This document shows, piece after piece, positions 11,601 to 20,049 of a DNA stretch of 64,000 bases (positions within the stretch are counted from its first letter, which is position 1; every line of letters starts with the position of its first letter). The stretch lies in NCBI GenBank assembly GCA_963816145.1, contig CAWFJP010000003.1, positions 608,001 through 672,000 of the forward strand. The letters run 5' to 3'. The notes beneath the pieces are model-generated. The model was not told where the DNA came from. It worked only from the letters and a program-made list of their open reading frames with translations, and searched no databases. The position numbers and the translations under genes are program-made. The DNA is from an uncultured delta proteobacterium. Lineage in GTDB: Bacteria; Desulfobacterota; Binatia; UBA9968.

Positions 11601-14600
11601 CAACGGCAAGCTCGACCGAAAGGCGCTGCCGGCTCCCGATCACAGTAGGTCGAATTCAGATCAGAGCTATAGCGCACCTCGCACTCCAGTGGAAGAATTG
11701 CTCGCTGGGATCTGGGCCGAGGTCCTCAAACTCGACGAGGTCGGTATCCATGACAACTTCTTCGAGCTAGGTGGACATTCCCTCCTAGCCACTCAGTTCG
11801 TCGCGCGCATAAATACAGCGTTCCAGATCGATTTCCCCTTGCGCAGACTGTTCGAGACACCGACGATTGCCGGCCTCGCCGACTCGGTCCAGGCTAGTAT
11901 GGAAATCGAGAAAGACTCACGCACAGTTCGATCCATCGTGCCGGTTCCGCGCAGCAACCACACCCCGCTCTCTTTCGCTCAAGAGCGTTTATGGTTCTTG
12001 GACCGTCTCGACCCCGATAGCCCAACCTACAACGTCCCGGCGGCTTTCCGCTTGGCCGGTGATCTCAACCTCAACGCACTGGAACAGAGCCTAAATGAGG
12101 TCGTGCGCCGTCATGAAGTTCTGCGCACGCTCTTTGCCACCGTCAATGGCAATCCAGTGCAAAAGATTCTGCCCTCGTTGGCCATTGCGCTTACTCCCAT
12201 CGACATTAGCCAGCAGCCAGAAAACGAACGCCAACCGGCTCTACAATCCCTGCTCAAAGAAGAAGCCGAGCGGCCCTTCGATCTTAGCCGTGGACCGCTG
12301 ATACGGGCTCGGCTCCTGCGACTCTCCCCCTTGGACCACGTGCTCGCCTTGAACCTGCACCATAGCGTCTCCGACGGTTGGTCCATGGGCGTGCTCTTCC
12401 GCGAACTCTCGGCACTCTATCAAGCATACGGCTCGGGAGAACCTAGTCCCTTGCCCGAGCTACCGGTCCAGTATGCCGATTATGCGATATGGCAGCGTGA
12501 TTGGTTACAAGGTGAGAACCTCGACGTTCAACTTTCCTACTGGAGAAAACAACTCGACGGTCTATCGACGCTCCAGCTCCCCACTGATCATCTCCGCCCG
12601 CCGGTGCAAACTTACCGCGGAGCTAGCCAGTCCCTAGAACTTTCGGCGCAACTTTCTCAGGCGATCAAGGGTCTAGGCCGGCGTGAGGGCGTTACCCTGT
12701 TCATGACCCTGCTGGCGGCCTTCCAGACCCTGCTCTGCCGCTACTGCGGCCAGCAAGATATTGCCGTTGGCACTCCCATCGCCGGCCGTGTCCGTCAGGA
12801 GATCGAGGGACTGATCGGCTTTTTCGTCAACACCCTGGTCCTGCGCGCCGATCTTTCCAATAACCCGACCTTCAAGGAACTACTGCGACAAGTCCGTGAA
12901 ACTACTCTGGAAGCCTATACTCACCAAGACCTGCCGTTTGAAAAACTCGTCGAGGAACTCCATCCCGAGCGCAATCCCAGCATCTCGCCGTTGTTCCAGG
13001 TCATGTTCATACTTCAGAACAACACTGAACAGCCTTTGGAATTCAAACATCTGACCGTCAACCCTATTCGTAGGGGTAGTCAAGTCGCTAAATTCGACCT
13101 GTCGCTGACAATGTCCGAGAGAGACGGCACACTCCGCGCCGTGCTCAACTACAACACCGATCTGTTCGACTCGTCGACCATCGAGCGCATGCTGGGGCAT
13201 TTTCAGATTCTACTCGAAGGCATTGTCGCCAACCCGGAACAACCCATCAGTGGACTGCCATTGCTGACCGACCCCGAGAAACACCAACTCTTAGTCGAAT
13301 GGAACGACACCAAGACCGACTATCCCAAAGACAAATGCATCCATCAGCTCTTCGAAGAACAGGTAGAGAAAACTCCTAATGCCATCGCCCTGGTTTTCGA
13401 GGATCAACAGCTCACTTACTGTGAACTCAATGCCAGAGCCAACCAACTGGCGCATCACTTACAAAAGCTCGGTGTCGGCCCCAACGTGCTCGTCGCCGTC
13501 TACCTGGATCGCTCGATAGAAATGATCATAGGACTGTTGGGAATTCTCAAAGCCGGTGGGGCCTACGTCCCGTTGGATCCAAGCTATCCCAAAGAGAGAC
13601 TGAGCTTCATGCTGGAAGATGCTCAGGTTCGAGTCCTGTTAAGTCAACGGACTTTCTTATCAAACCTCGACCATCGAAGCGTCGTGTGTCTAGACAGCGA
13701 CTGGCACAAGATCGCCACCCAGAGCACCAACAACCCTCAAAGCAATTTCACTGCCGATAACCTCGCCTATATCATCTACACCTCAGGCTCCACAGGTGCT
13801 CCTAAAGGAACAGAGGTATTTCATCGCGGCGTCTTACGTCTGCTGTTTGGCATTGATTACGCCCGACTCGATAGATCCCAGATGATTCTTCAGCTAGCGC
13901 CGATCTCTTTCGATGCCGCAACCTTTGAAATCTGGGGGGCACTGCTGCACGGCGGTAAGTGCATCTTGTTTCCCGGTAAACCGTCCGACCCTCGCGAGCT
14001 TGGAGCCGTACTAAAAAAGCACCAGATCAACACACTATGGCTCACGGCGGCTTTGTTTAACACGGTGATCGACCAAGAGCCACAGGCCTTAGCAGAAGTA
14101 AAACAGCTACTGATCGGCGGCGAAGCGCTGTCCGTACCCCATGTTAAAACAGGACTCGCGCTGTTACCGCACACCCAGATCATCAACGGTTACGGTCCGA
14201 CTGAAAGCACGACGTTTACTTGCTGCCATAAAATCCCGCGCGCGCTCGATGACAGATTATCTTCTATTCCGATTGGCCGACCGATCGCCAACACGCAAGT
14301 TTATATTCTTGATCCACACCTCAACATCGTGCCAATTGGAGTTGTTGGTGAGATCTATATCGGCGGCGATGGTCTAGCCCGCGGCTATCTCAATCGTCCA
14401 GAACTGACAGCAGAAAAGTTCATCGCCAATCCCTTCATTAGCGATCCCGGAGCGAGGCTTTACGAGACCGGCGATCTAGCCCGCTACTTGGCCGACGGCA
14501 ATATCGAGTTCCTCGGCCGCATAGATAATCAGGTCAAGATCCGAGGATTCCGTATCGAACTGGGTGAGATTCAGGCGGTGCTGGGTCAACACCCCGCTAT

Positions 14601-15192
14601 CCAACAGGCGGTTGTACTCGCAAGAGAAGACACTCCCGGAGATCATCGGCTGGCGGCCTACGCCGTGGCTACTGATGCCTCTACCACTTCGGCGTACGAC
14701 CTGCGTAGCTATCTGCAACACAAGCTCCCGGACTACATGGTGCCGTCGGCATTCGTGTTCCTGGAGTCCTTGCCTGTCACTCCCAACGGCAAGCTCGACC
14801 GAAAAGCCCTGCCCGTTCCCGACCACAGCAGACCCGAGCTAGACGATGCCTTTGCTGCCCCAAGAACTCCTAGCGAGGAGATGCTCGCTAGCATCTGGTG
14901 CACTGTCCTCAAACTCGACAACGTCGGTATCCATGACAACTTCTTCGACCTGGGTGGCCATTCACTGCTCGCTACGCAAATTGTATCGCGGATACACAGC
15001 GCTTTTTCCATCGAACTACCACTACGTCGGCTGTTTGAGTCTCCAACGGTCGCCGAAATGGCGATCATTATCACGCAAACCCAATCGAAACCGGCGCCCG
15101 CGGCAGCGTTAGCGCAAATGCTCCGCGAGGTGGAGGCGATGACGGACGAAGAAGCTGAGAAACAGATTACCAAATCGAGCATGGAAAACTGA
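8683..15192 (+). CDS. NRPS, C-A(Thr)-PCP-C-A(Val-like)-PCP, no TE
   Basis: HHIVSDG and HHSVSDG; A pockets read by eye as DFWNIGMVHK (Thr) and DAFWLGGTFK (Val); two LGGHSL motifs. Confidence 0.96.
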   Translation: MTNRLEAESSANVHRDTYAFPLSFAQQRLWFLQRLDPDSSTYNIPTALRLRGELNIKALQQSIDHLIERHEVLRTTFAIREGEAVQIVHPTLPVSISKTDLRDIGASRREETLRGLVRFDARQPFDLDRGPLLRVKLIQIADNEHVLVLNLHHIVSDGWSMDVMFRELSVLYQGYCGEKPISLPDLPIQYADYSVWQRNWLQGTNLDQQLSYWRKQLDGLSTLQLPIDHPRPAVQTYRAANQSLELPPHLYEAIRNLSQREGVTLFMTLLAAFQTLLYRYCGQKDIVVGSPIAGRTRQETEGLIGFFVNTLVLRTDLSKNPPFRKLLTRVRQVALDAYDHQDIPFEKLVEELHPERNPSISPLFQVMFVFQNNADRPLEFKDLTVVPMRTDSQVAKFDLSLTIADREGTLRASLNYNTELFDASTIERMVSHFQTLLEGIVANPDQPVGELPLLTAAEKHQLLVEWIDTKTDYPKDKCIHELFEAQVEKSPDAIAVVFEDQQVTYLELNSRANQLAHYLQKLGVGPEMLVGLCLERSIDMIVALLAILKAGGAYVPLDPSYPKDRLDFMLQDSNTSVILTHKPLASMLPAANARIIFLDEEDWRAMTPGLADRANLTAQISPNQATYVIYTSGSTGTPKGTLVTHYNVVRLFQATEAWFGFNSNDSWTLFHSYAFDFSVWEIWGALLHGGKLVIVPQETTRSPQEFAALLLRHQVTVLNQTPSAFRQLIPVLIGDNGHDPLSLRYVIFGGEALDPQSLNPWFDRFGEDPPKLINMYGITETTVHVTYRPITRADAASGAGNVIGKPIPDLRVYLLDRHHSLVPIGVAGEICVGGAGVAKGYLGRKALTAERFVTDPFSEDLQAKLYRSGDLARWLPNGELEYLGRIDNQVKIRGFRIELGEIEAVLAQHPSIQQAVVLAREDSPGDKRLIAYVVTADGSAISVHDLRSYLRLKLPDYMVPSAFVFLDSLPLTPNGKLDRKALPAPDHSRSNSDQSYSAPRTPVEELLAGIWAEVLKLDEVGIHDNFFELGGHSLLATQFVARINTAFQIDFPLRRLFETPTIAGLADSVQASMEIEKDSRTVRSIVPVPRSNHTPLSFAQERLWFLDRLDPDSPTYNVPAAFRLAGDLNLNALEQSLNEVVRRHEVLRTLFATVNGNPVQKILPSLAIALTPIDISQQPENERQPALQSLLKEEAERPFDLSRGPLIRARLLRLSPLDHVLALNLHHSVSDGWSMGVLFRELSALYQAYGSGEPSPLPELPVQYADYAIWQRDWLQGENLDVQLSYWRKQLDGLSTLQLPTDHLRPPVQTYRGASQSLELSAQLSQAIKGLGRREGVTLFMTLLAAFQTLLCRYCGQQDIAVGTPIAGRVRQEIEGLIGFFVNTLVLRADLSNNPTFKELLRQVRETTLEAYTHQDLPFEKLVEELHPERNPSISPLFQVMFILQNNTEQPLEFKHLTVNPIRRGSQVAKFDLSLTMSERDGTLRAVLNYNTDLFDSSTIERMLGHFQILLEGIVANPEQPISGLPLLTDPEKHQLLVEWNDTKTDYPKDKCIHQLFEEQVEKTPNAIALVFEDQQLTYCELNARANQLAHHLQKLGVGPNVLVAVYLDRSIEMIIGLLGILKAGGAYVPLDPSYPKERLSFMLEDAQVRVLLSQRTFLSNLDHRSVVCLDSDWHKIATQSTNNPQSNFTADNLAYIIYTSGSTGAPKGTEVFHRGVLRLLFGIDYARLDRSQMILQLAPISFDAATFEIWGALLHGGKCILFPGKPSDPRELGAVLKKHQINTLWLTAALFNTVIDQEPQALAEVKQLLIGGEALSVPHVKTGLALLPHTQIINGYGPTESTTFTCCHKIPRALDDRLSSIPIGRPIANTQVYILDPHLNIVPIGVVGEIYIGGDGLARGYLNRPELTAEKFIANPFISDPGARLYETGDLARYLADGNIEFLGRIDNQVKIRGFRIELGEIQAVLGQHPAIQQAVVLAREDTPGDHRLAAYAVATDASTTSAYDLRSYLQHKLPDYMVPSAFVFLESLPVTPNGKLDRKALPVPDHSRPELDDAFAAPRTPSEEMLASIWCTVLKLDNVGIHDNFFDLGGHSLLATQIVSRIHSAFSIELPLRRLFESPTVAEMAIIITQTQSKPAPAAALAQMLREVEAMTDEEAEKQITKSSMEN

Positions 15193-15225
15193 AGTGAATT
15201 TGGATAAGAGCGATTCGCTCACAGA

Positions 15226-15408
15226 ATGCGCCACACGACGCTGGAGCAGCGGGTAATCCAGGCTCATCTTTCAGGTCATGTTGACCAGTTTCCAGCCGAA
15301 GATATGGAAAAATTGATATGGACGCGATCCGCCGAAATTGTCTACACACAGCCGGACCGGATCGCCATCAAAGTCGGCATTGAGATTAACTATTCTATTT
15401 ATTTGTAG
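15226..15408 (+). pseudogene. Decayed N-terminal relic of another atypical A-domain gene
   Basis: EQRVIQAHLSGHVDQFPAEDMEKLIWTRSAEIVYTQPDRIAIKVGIEINYS aligns with DQQAIRGKCFHPSGQFDPFPTEDVDKSIQTRFEKIVDRYPDHVAIKAGNEEITYS of 6724..8655; similarity is also visible in the DNA. Confidence 0.85.
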
Positions 15409-15411
15409 GTG

Positions 15412-15765
15412 CTACGATATTAACTTACGCAGCGCCTCAAGGTCTTTCTTGACTTTAATCAAGGCGCTTTTGTATTTTTGCTCGGCAAGCGGCAATTTGA
15501 GCTGATCTTTTTCTTCTTTTTTTACTTCTCTTAGCTTTTTGCGTGCGCCCTCGATGGTGAAGCCTTCGGTGTAAAGCAAGCGCTTGATGTCGAGTAAGAG
15601 TTCGACGTCGCGTTTCTTATAAAGGCGATGTTTCGACGGCGCCTTGGACGGTTTGAGCAAATCGAACTCGGTTTCCCAGTAGCGTAACACGTAGGGTTCG
15701 ACGCCGACGATATCACTGACCTCACCGATCTTGAAATAGATCTTCTCCGGCAGTACAGGCGTCAT
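15412..15765 (-). CDS. MerR-family transcriptional regulator (ihfA-linked type)
   Basis: YFKIGEVS...[16 protein letters not shown]; position downstream of ihfA. Confidence 0.92.
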   Translation of the reverse strand: MTPVLPEKIYFKIGEVSDIVGVEPYVLRYWETEFDLLKPSKAPSKHRLYKKRDVELLLDIKRLLYTEGFTIEGARKKLREVKKEEKDQLKLPLAEQKYKSALIKVKKDLEALRKLIS

Positions 15766-15773
15766 CGCGTGAC

Positions 15774-16097
15774 CTACTCCGACGCGGGCGCGTCAGGCGC
15801 GGAAACCGACGCCGAAGAGCCCATCGTGTTGAGGCTCTTTTTCATGATCTGACTGGCTTTAAAGGTCAAGACTTTGCGACCGTCGATGATGATCTCATCG
15901 CCGGTTTGGGGGTTTCTACCTTTACGCGGGCGTTTTGTGTTGACGACAAAGTTACCGAAGCCGGAGATCTTTACCTTATCGCCCTTCTCCAAACAGCTCT
16001 TGATGATATCGAACGTCGCTTCGACGACATCGGTGGCGTCCTTCTTCGAAAAACCCACCTTTTCATAGATACGCGTGATGATTTCCGCCTTGGTCAT
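15774..16097 (-). CDS. ihfA: Integration host factor subunit alpha
   Basis: MTKAEI...KISGFGNF...GRNPQTG; GAGGAGG RBS before ATG 16097; follows pheT. Confidence 0.93.
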   Translation of the reverse strand: MTKAEIITRIYEKVGFSKKDATDVVEATFDIIKSCLEKGDKVKISGFGNFVVNTKRPRKGRNPQTGDEIIIDGRKVLTFKASQIMKKSLNTMGSSASVSAPDAPASE

Positions 16098-16134
16098 GTT
16101 CCACCTCCTCGCTGTACCGGCCGGTTCCGTACCA

Positions 16135-18213
16135 TTAGCTGCGCCGTTCGGCACCGAATTCCTTGCCGATCCGGTCGATGACTCTCTGATGTAACGGATT
16201 GACCTCACTATCCGTGAGTGTTCGGCCCTCGGCCCTGTAACATATGTTGTATGCTAAGCTCTTCTTTCCGTCTGGAACCGGTGCACCAATGTATTGATCG
16301 AATACTTGGACGTACGCAATTAAGGACTCGTTAAGGTTCTCGATCCAATCGATAATTCGCTGTGACGCGAAATCGCGATCCACGACGATTGCAAAGTCCC
16401 TCTCTATGGCTGGAAACTTGGGCAGTGCACGCACTGCCATTCGCCGCGGAGCATACTCAAGCAGTTTCTCGAAGTCAAGTTCAAATACATAAACTTGCGG
16501 CACTTCTAGCTGCTCAGAGATATCGGGATGAAGCTCGCCGAGAACCCCGATGCGACAATCGTGGTGGGCGAATTGCGCCGCCCGTCCCGGATGCAAGATT
16601 TCCAGTGCCAGGGTAGTCCAAGATATCGAATCGCGCAGTCCGAACAGATCGAGCACGCCTTCAACGGCGCCTTTGCATTCGAGGAAACCCACTGCGGGCC
16701 CGTTCTTTCGGCGCAGACCGCGAACAGCCCGCGTGCCATGCATGAGCCCGCCAACGCACAAACGTTCTTCGTAGCCGCCGGCTGGACTGTAACGGAAAAC
16801 TTTTCCCAGATGGTAGGCATAAAAGCTTGCCGTCTTGTGCGCCCAATTGAGCCGCAAATTATCGAGCAGCCCCGGCACCAGGCTCTGGCGCATGGCGCTA
16901 TTTTCCTTGGCTAGCGGATTGATCAACGGCACCGCGGTACGCGGTCCTTCCCACAGCCCAAAATACAAATCGTTGAGAGCGTCCGACGTGAATGGCAAAT
17001 TAACCGTCTCGACAAAGCCTTCGCCGGCAAAGAAATGGCGCAGCTTGCGCTCGGCGGTGAGCTTGAAATCCATCCTACTACCGGTGGGTCGGAGCGATGG
17101 CAGAGTCGTGGGAATATTGTCATAACCATGCAAACGCGCCAGCTCTTCGATCAGGTCGACTTCTCGAGTGAGGTCGGGCCGGCTGGTCGGGACAACCACG
17201 TTTAAGTATTTGGCTTGCCGGATCGTCTTCAAACCCAACGACCGTAACAGAGTTTCGGCTCGTTTGAGTTCGATACCGATGCCTAAGAGTTTTTCGATGC
17301 GCTGTTCGCGCACGCGAATCTTCAGCGGCGCGATTTTTTTCGGGTAACGATCCACCACCCCAACCGAAGGACTGCCGCCGCCGCTTTCGAGTATAAGTTG
17401 CACTGCCCGATCGAGCGCGCGAATGGTTCCTTCGGGGTCGACACTGCGCTCGAAACGATGCGAGGCTTCGCTATGCAAAGCCAAACGCTTGGCCGTGCGC
17501 CGAATCGCGGCGGGTGCAAAATTGGCGCTCTCAAGGAGTATCGCCTGAGTCGCCGCGCTCACTTCGGAGTTCATGCCGCCCATCAGACCGGCGAGCGCCA
17601 CCGGAGAGTCACCGTCACAAATCACCAAATCCTCGTGCGCCAACTCACGCTCGACACCGTCCAGAGTCACAAACTTGCGGTTTTCACGGGCCTTGCGCAC
17701 GACGATTTGCTTGGCAGAGAGCAGCGCCAAATCGAAGGCGTGCAGCGGCTGTCCGGTTTCAAGCATCACGTAATTGGTCACGTCAACGATATTGTTGATA
17801 GGGCGAATACCGCAGGCCTCTAAACGGAAGCGCAGCCAAGCGGGAGCCGGAGCAATTCTGATATTGTCGACAATGCGCGCCGAGTAACGGGCGCACTGTG
17901 CGGCATCTTCGATTTTGACCGCAACGCGCTGGTGAATGCTAGAAACTTTCTTGCTGGCATGGACGGGCGGGATGCGCACCTTGGCACCGGTCAGCGCGCA
18001 AACTTCCCTCGCGATCCCGAGCAGCCCGAGACAATCACCGCGATTGGGCGTCACACCGATCTCAAACAGCCAATCTTCCCGTTGGCTATGGGGCTCGCGC
18101 AGCGACGTTAGCGATTCGACTTCCAATCCCGCCATGGTGAGCAATTTGGAAAGTTCGTCGCTGCTGCCGTCAAAGTCGACGAATTCTTTAAGCCAATTGA
18201 GTGTAAACTTCAT
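16135..18213 (-). CDS. pheT: Phenylalanine--tRNA ligase beta subunit (short form, 692 aa)
   Basis: TPNRGDCL, INNIVDVTNYVMLETGQPLHAFD, DLIEELARLHGY, C-terminal anticodon-binding GKKSLAY. Confidence 0.97.
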   Translation of the reverse strand: MKFTLNWLKEFVDFDGSSDELSKLLTMAGLEVESLTSLREPHSQREDWLFEIGVTPNRGDCLGLLGIAREVCALTGAKVRIPPVHASKKVSSIHQRVAVKIEDAAQCARYSARIVDNIRIAPAPAWLRFRLEACGIRPINNIVDVTNYVMLETGQPLHAFDLALLSAKQIVVRKARENRKFVTLDGVERELAHEDLVICDGDSPVALAGLMGGMNSEVSAATQAILLESANFAPAAIRRTAKRLALHSEASHRFERSVDPEGTIRALDRAVQLILESGGGSPSVGVVDRYPKKIAPLKIRVREQRIEKLLGIGIELKRAETLLRSLGLKTIRQAKYLNVVVPTSRPDLTREVDLIEELARLHGYDNIPTTLPSLRPTGSRMDFKLTAERKLRHFFAGEGFVETVNLPFTSDALNDLYFGLWEGPRTAVPLINPLAKENSAMRQSLVPGLLDNLRLNWAHKTASFYAYHLGKVFRYSPAGGYEERLCVGGLMHGTRAVRGLRRKNGPAVGFLECKGAVEGVLDLFGLRDSISWTTLALEILHPGRAAQFAHHDCRIGVLGELHPDISEQLEVPQVYVFELDFEKLLEYAPRRMAVRALPKFPAIERDFAIVVDRDFASQRIIDWIENLNESLIAYVQVFDQYIGAPVPDGKKSLAYNICYRAEGRTLTDSEVNPLHQRVIDRIGKEFGAERRS

Positions 18214-18217
18214 AAGA

Positions 18218-18300
18218 TTGGAGTTATGAAGTGGTGGAAAATTGGAGTGATGGGTTTCGGAAGCAACACTCCATCACTCCAATACTCCCTCATTCCATTC
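18218..18300. repeat. 8-bp tandem/inverted array element (TGGAGTNN)n...(NNACTCCA)n filling the pheS-pheT gap
   Basis: ttggagtt atgaagtg gtggaaaa ttggagtg atgg ... caacactc catcactc caatactc cctcattc. Confidence 0.8.
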
Positions 18301-18303
18301 TAT

Positions 18304-19344
18304 TTAACTGAACTGCCGCAAAAACCTGAGATCATTCTGAAAAAACAACCGGATGTCGTCGATACCGTATTTCAGCATGGCGATGCGTTCGACGCCCATG
18401 CCGAAGGCAAACCCGGTAAACTCTTCAGGGTCGTAACCGACAAATTTGAATACCGCAGGGTCGATCATGCCGGCGCCAAGAATCTCCAACCAACCGCTCG
18501 CCTTACACACGCGGCAGGCTTGGCCATTGCGCAAAGTGCCGCCGCCACCGCAAATGACACATTGAATATCGATCTCGGCGCTGGGCTCGGTGAACGGAAA
18601 AAAACTCGGCCGGAAACGCACACCGGCATCGCGATTGAAAATCTCCCGCAACACATGAGTCAATACGCCCTTCAGATCGGAAAAGGCGATGTTCTGATCG
18701 ACCATGAAGCCTTCGACCTGATGAAACATCGGCGAATGGGTTGCATCGTCGTCGTGGCGATAGACCGCGCCGGGAACAACAATCTGCAACGGTGGCTTTC
18801 GGGTCTCCATGGTGCGAATCTGTACCGGCGAAGTATGGGTTCGCAGTAAATTGCCGCCGGCGACAAAAAATGTATCCTGCATGTCGCGCGCCGGATGGTC
18901 TTTGGGAATATTGAGCGCTTCGAAGTTATGATAATCGTCTTCGATATCGGGGCCGCGGGCGATCTCGAAGCCCATGCCGGAAAAGATATCGACGATTTCA
19001 TCGATCACCAGCGTCACGGGATGGATATGGCCAGGCTCGAAGCGCGTCCCAGGCAAGGTAATATCAATTTTTTCTTCGGCGAGCGTCTTTGATTTGGCTT
19101 GCCGATCGACGGTTTCCAAGCGCGCATCAAGCTCTTGCTCCAGAGCGCGGCGCAGCTGGTTGAGCCGTTCGCCCATGCGCGGCCGTTCCTCCGCCGGCAG
19201 GTCTTTTAACCCGCGCAGGAGCAAAGTAATCGAACCGCTGCGGCCGAACGCTTCGATGCGCAGCTGTTCAAGCTCCTTGACGGAGTTGGCTTGCTGGATG
19301 CGCTCCAGAACCTCTCCGCGGAGAGCTTCCAGGGAATCGGTCAT
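18304..19344 (-). CDS. pheS: Phenylalanine--tRNA ligase alpha subunit
   Basis: HPARDMQDTF, LRTHTSPVQ, FPFTEPS, GFAFGMGVERIAML. Confidence 0.98.
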   Translation of the reverse strand: MTDSLEALRGEVLERIQQANSVKELEQLRIEAFGRSGSITLLLRGLKDLPAEERPRMGERLNQLRRALEQELDARLETVDRQAKSKTLAEEKIDITLPGTRFEPGHIHPVTLVIDEIVDIFSGMGFEIARGPDIEDDYHNFEALNIPKDHPARDMQDTFFVAGGNLLRTHTSPVQIRTMETRKPPLQIVVPGAVYRHDDDATHSPMFHQVEGFMVDQNIAFSDLKGVLTHVLREIFNRDAGVRFRPSFFPFTEPSAEIDIQCVICGGGGTLRNGQACRVCKASGWLEILGAGMIDPAVFKFVGYDPEEFTGFAFGMGVERIAMLKYGIDDIRLFFQNDLRFLRQFS

Positions 19345-19365
19345 GGCACTGAATCGAAAGAGCGG

Positions 19366-19725
19366 CTATTGGCTCAGGTGGGCTTTGGCGGTTTCCGCCA
19401 ATCGGCCGAATCCCGGCATGTCGGCAACCGCAATCTCCGCAAGAATCTTGCGATCGATCTCGACATTGGCTTTTTTGAGTCCACTAATCACTTGGTTATA
19501 GGACATGCCATTTAGCTTCGCCGCGGCACCTATGCGGATAATCCACAGCCCGCGAAAGGTGCGTTTTTTGACACGCCGATCGCGATAGGCGAACACGAGA
19601 CCCCGTTCGACCGTCTCTCTTGCCGAGCGGTACAGACGGCCACGGCCGCCGACGTACCCCTTGGCAAGTTTCATGATCTTCTTATGTCGCTGTCGCGACT
19701 TACTTCCACCCTTAGCTCTAGGCAC
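19366..19725 (-). CDS. rplT: 50S ribosomal protein L20
   Basis: AKGYVG, AYRDRRVKKRTFRGLWI, IDRKILAE; operon position. Confidence 0.98.
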   Translation of the reverse strand: MPRAKGGSKSRQRHKKIMKLAKGYVGGRGRLYRSARETVERGLVFAYRDRRVKKRTFRGLWIIRIGAAAKLNGMSYNQVISGLKKANVEIDRKILAEIAVADMPGFGRLAETAKAHLSQ

Positions 19726-19818
19726 TTTAGAAACTCCTCTCCAATCCAGATTTTAACCCGCCGGTGACGTATACCTCGTGCGAGTCATGCCAATTGATGA
19801 TTCATCGATAGCCGGCGG

Positions 19819-20016
19819 CTATTTATAAGGAATCATCTGACGAATGTTCTTGGCTTCCACCGCCGCCACCGTGGTCCCCTTGCGTAAATTTCTTTTGCGC
19901 TTTTTACCCTTGGACGACAAGATATGGCGCTTGTAAGCCTTGTTGCGCTTAATCTTGCCGCTCCCGGTCACGCGGAAGCGCTTCGCTGCTGCTCGGTTAG
20001 TTTTAATCTTCGGCAC
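19819..20016 (-). CDS. rpmI: 50S ribosomal protein L35
   Basis: [21 protein letters not shown]; between infC and rplT. Confidence 0.98.
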   Translation of the reverse strand: MPKIKTNRAAAKRFRVTGSGKIKRNKAYKRHILSSKGKKRKRNLRKGTTVAAVEAKNIRQMIPYK

Positions 20017-20049
20017 GTTTCACTCCCTCTCGTTTGCTTCAATCTAGAT

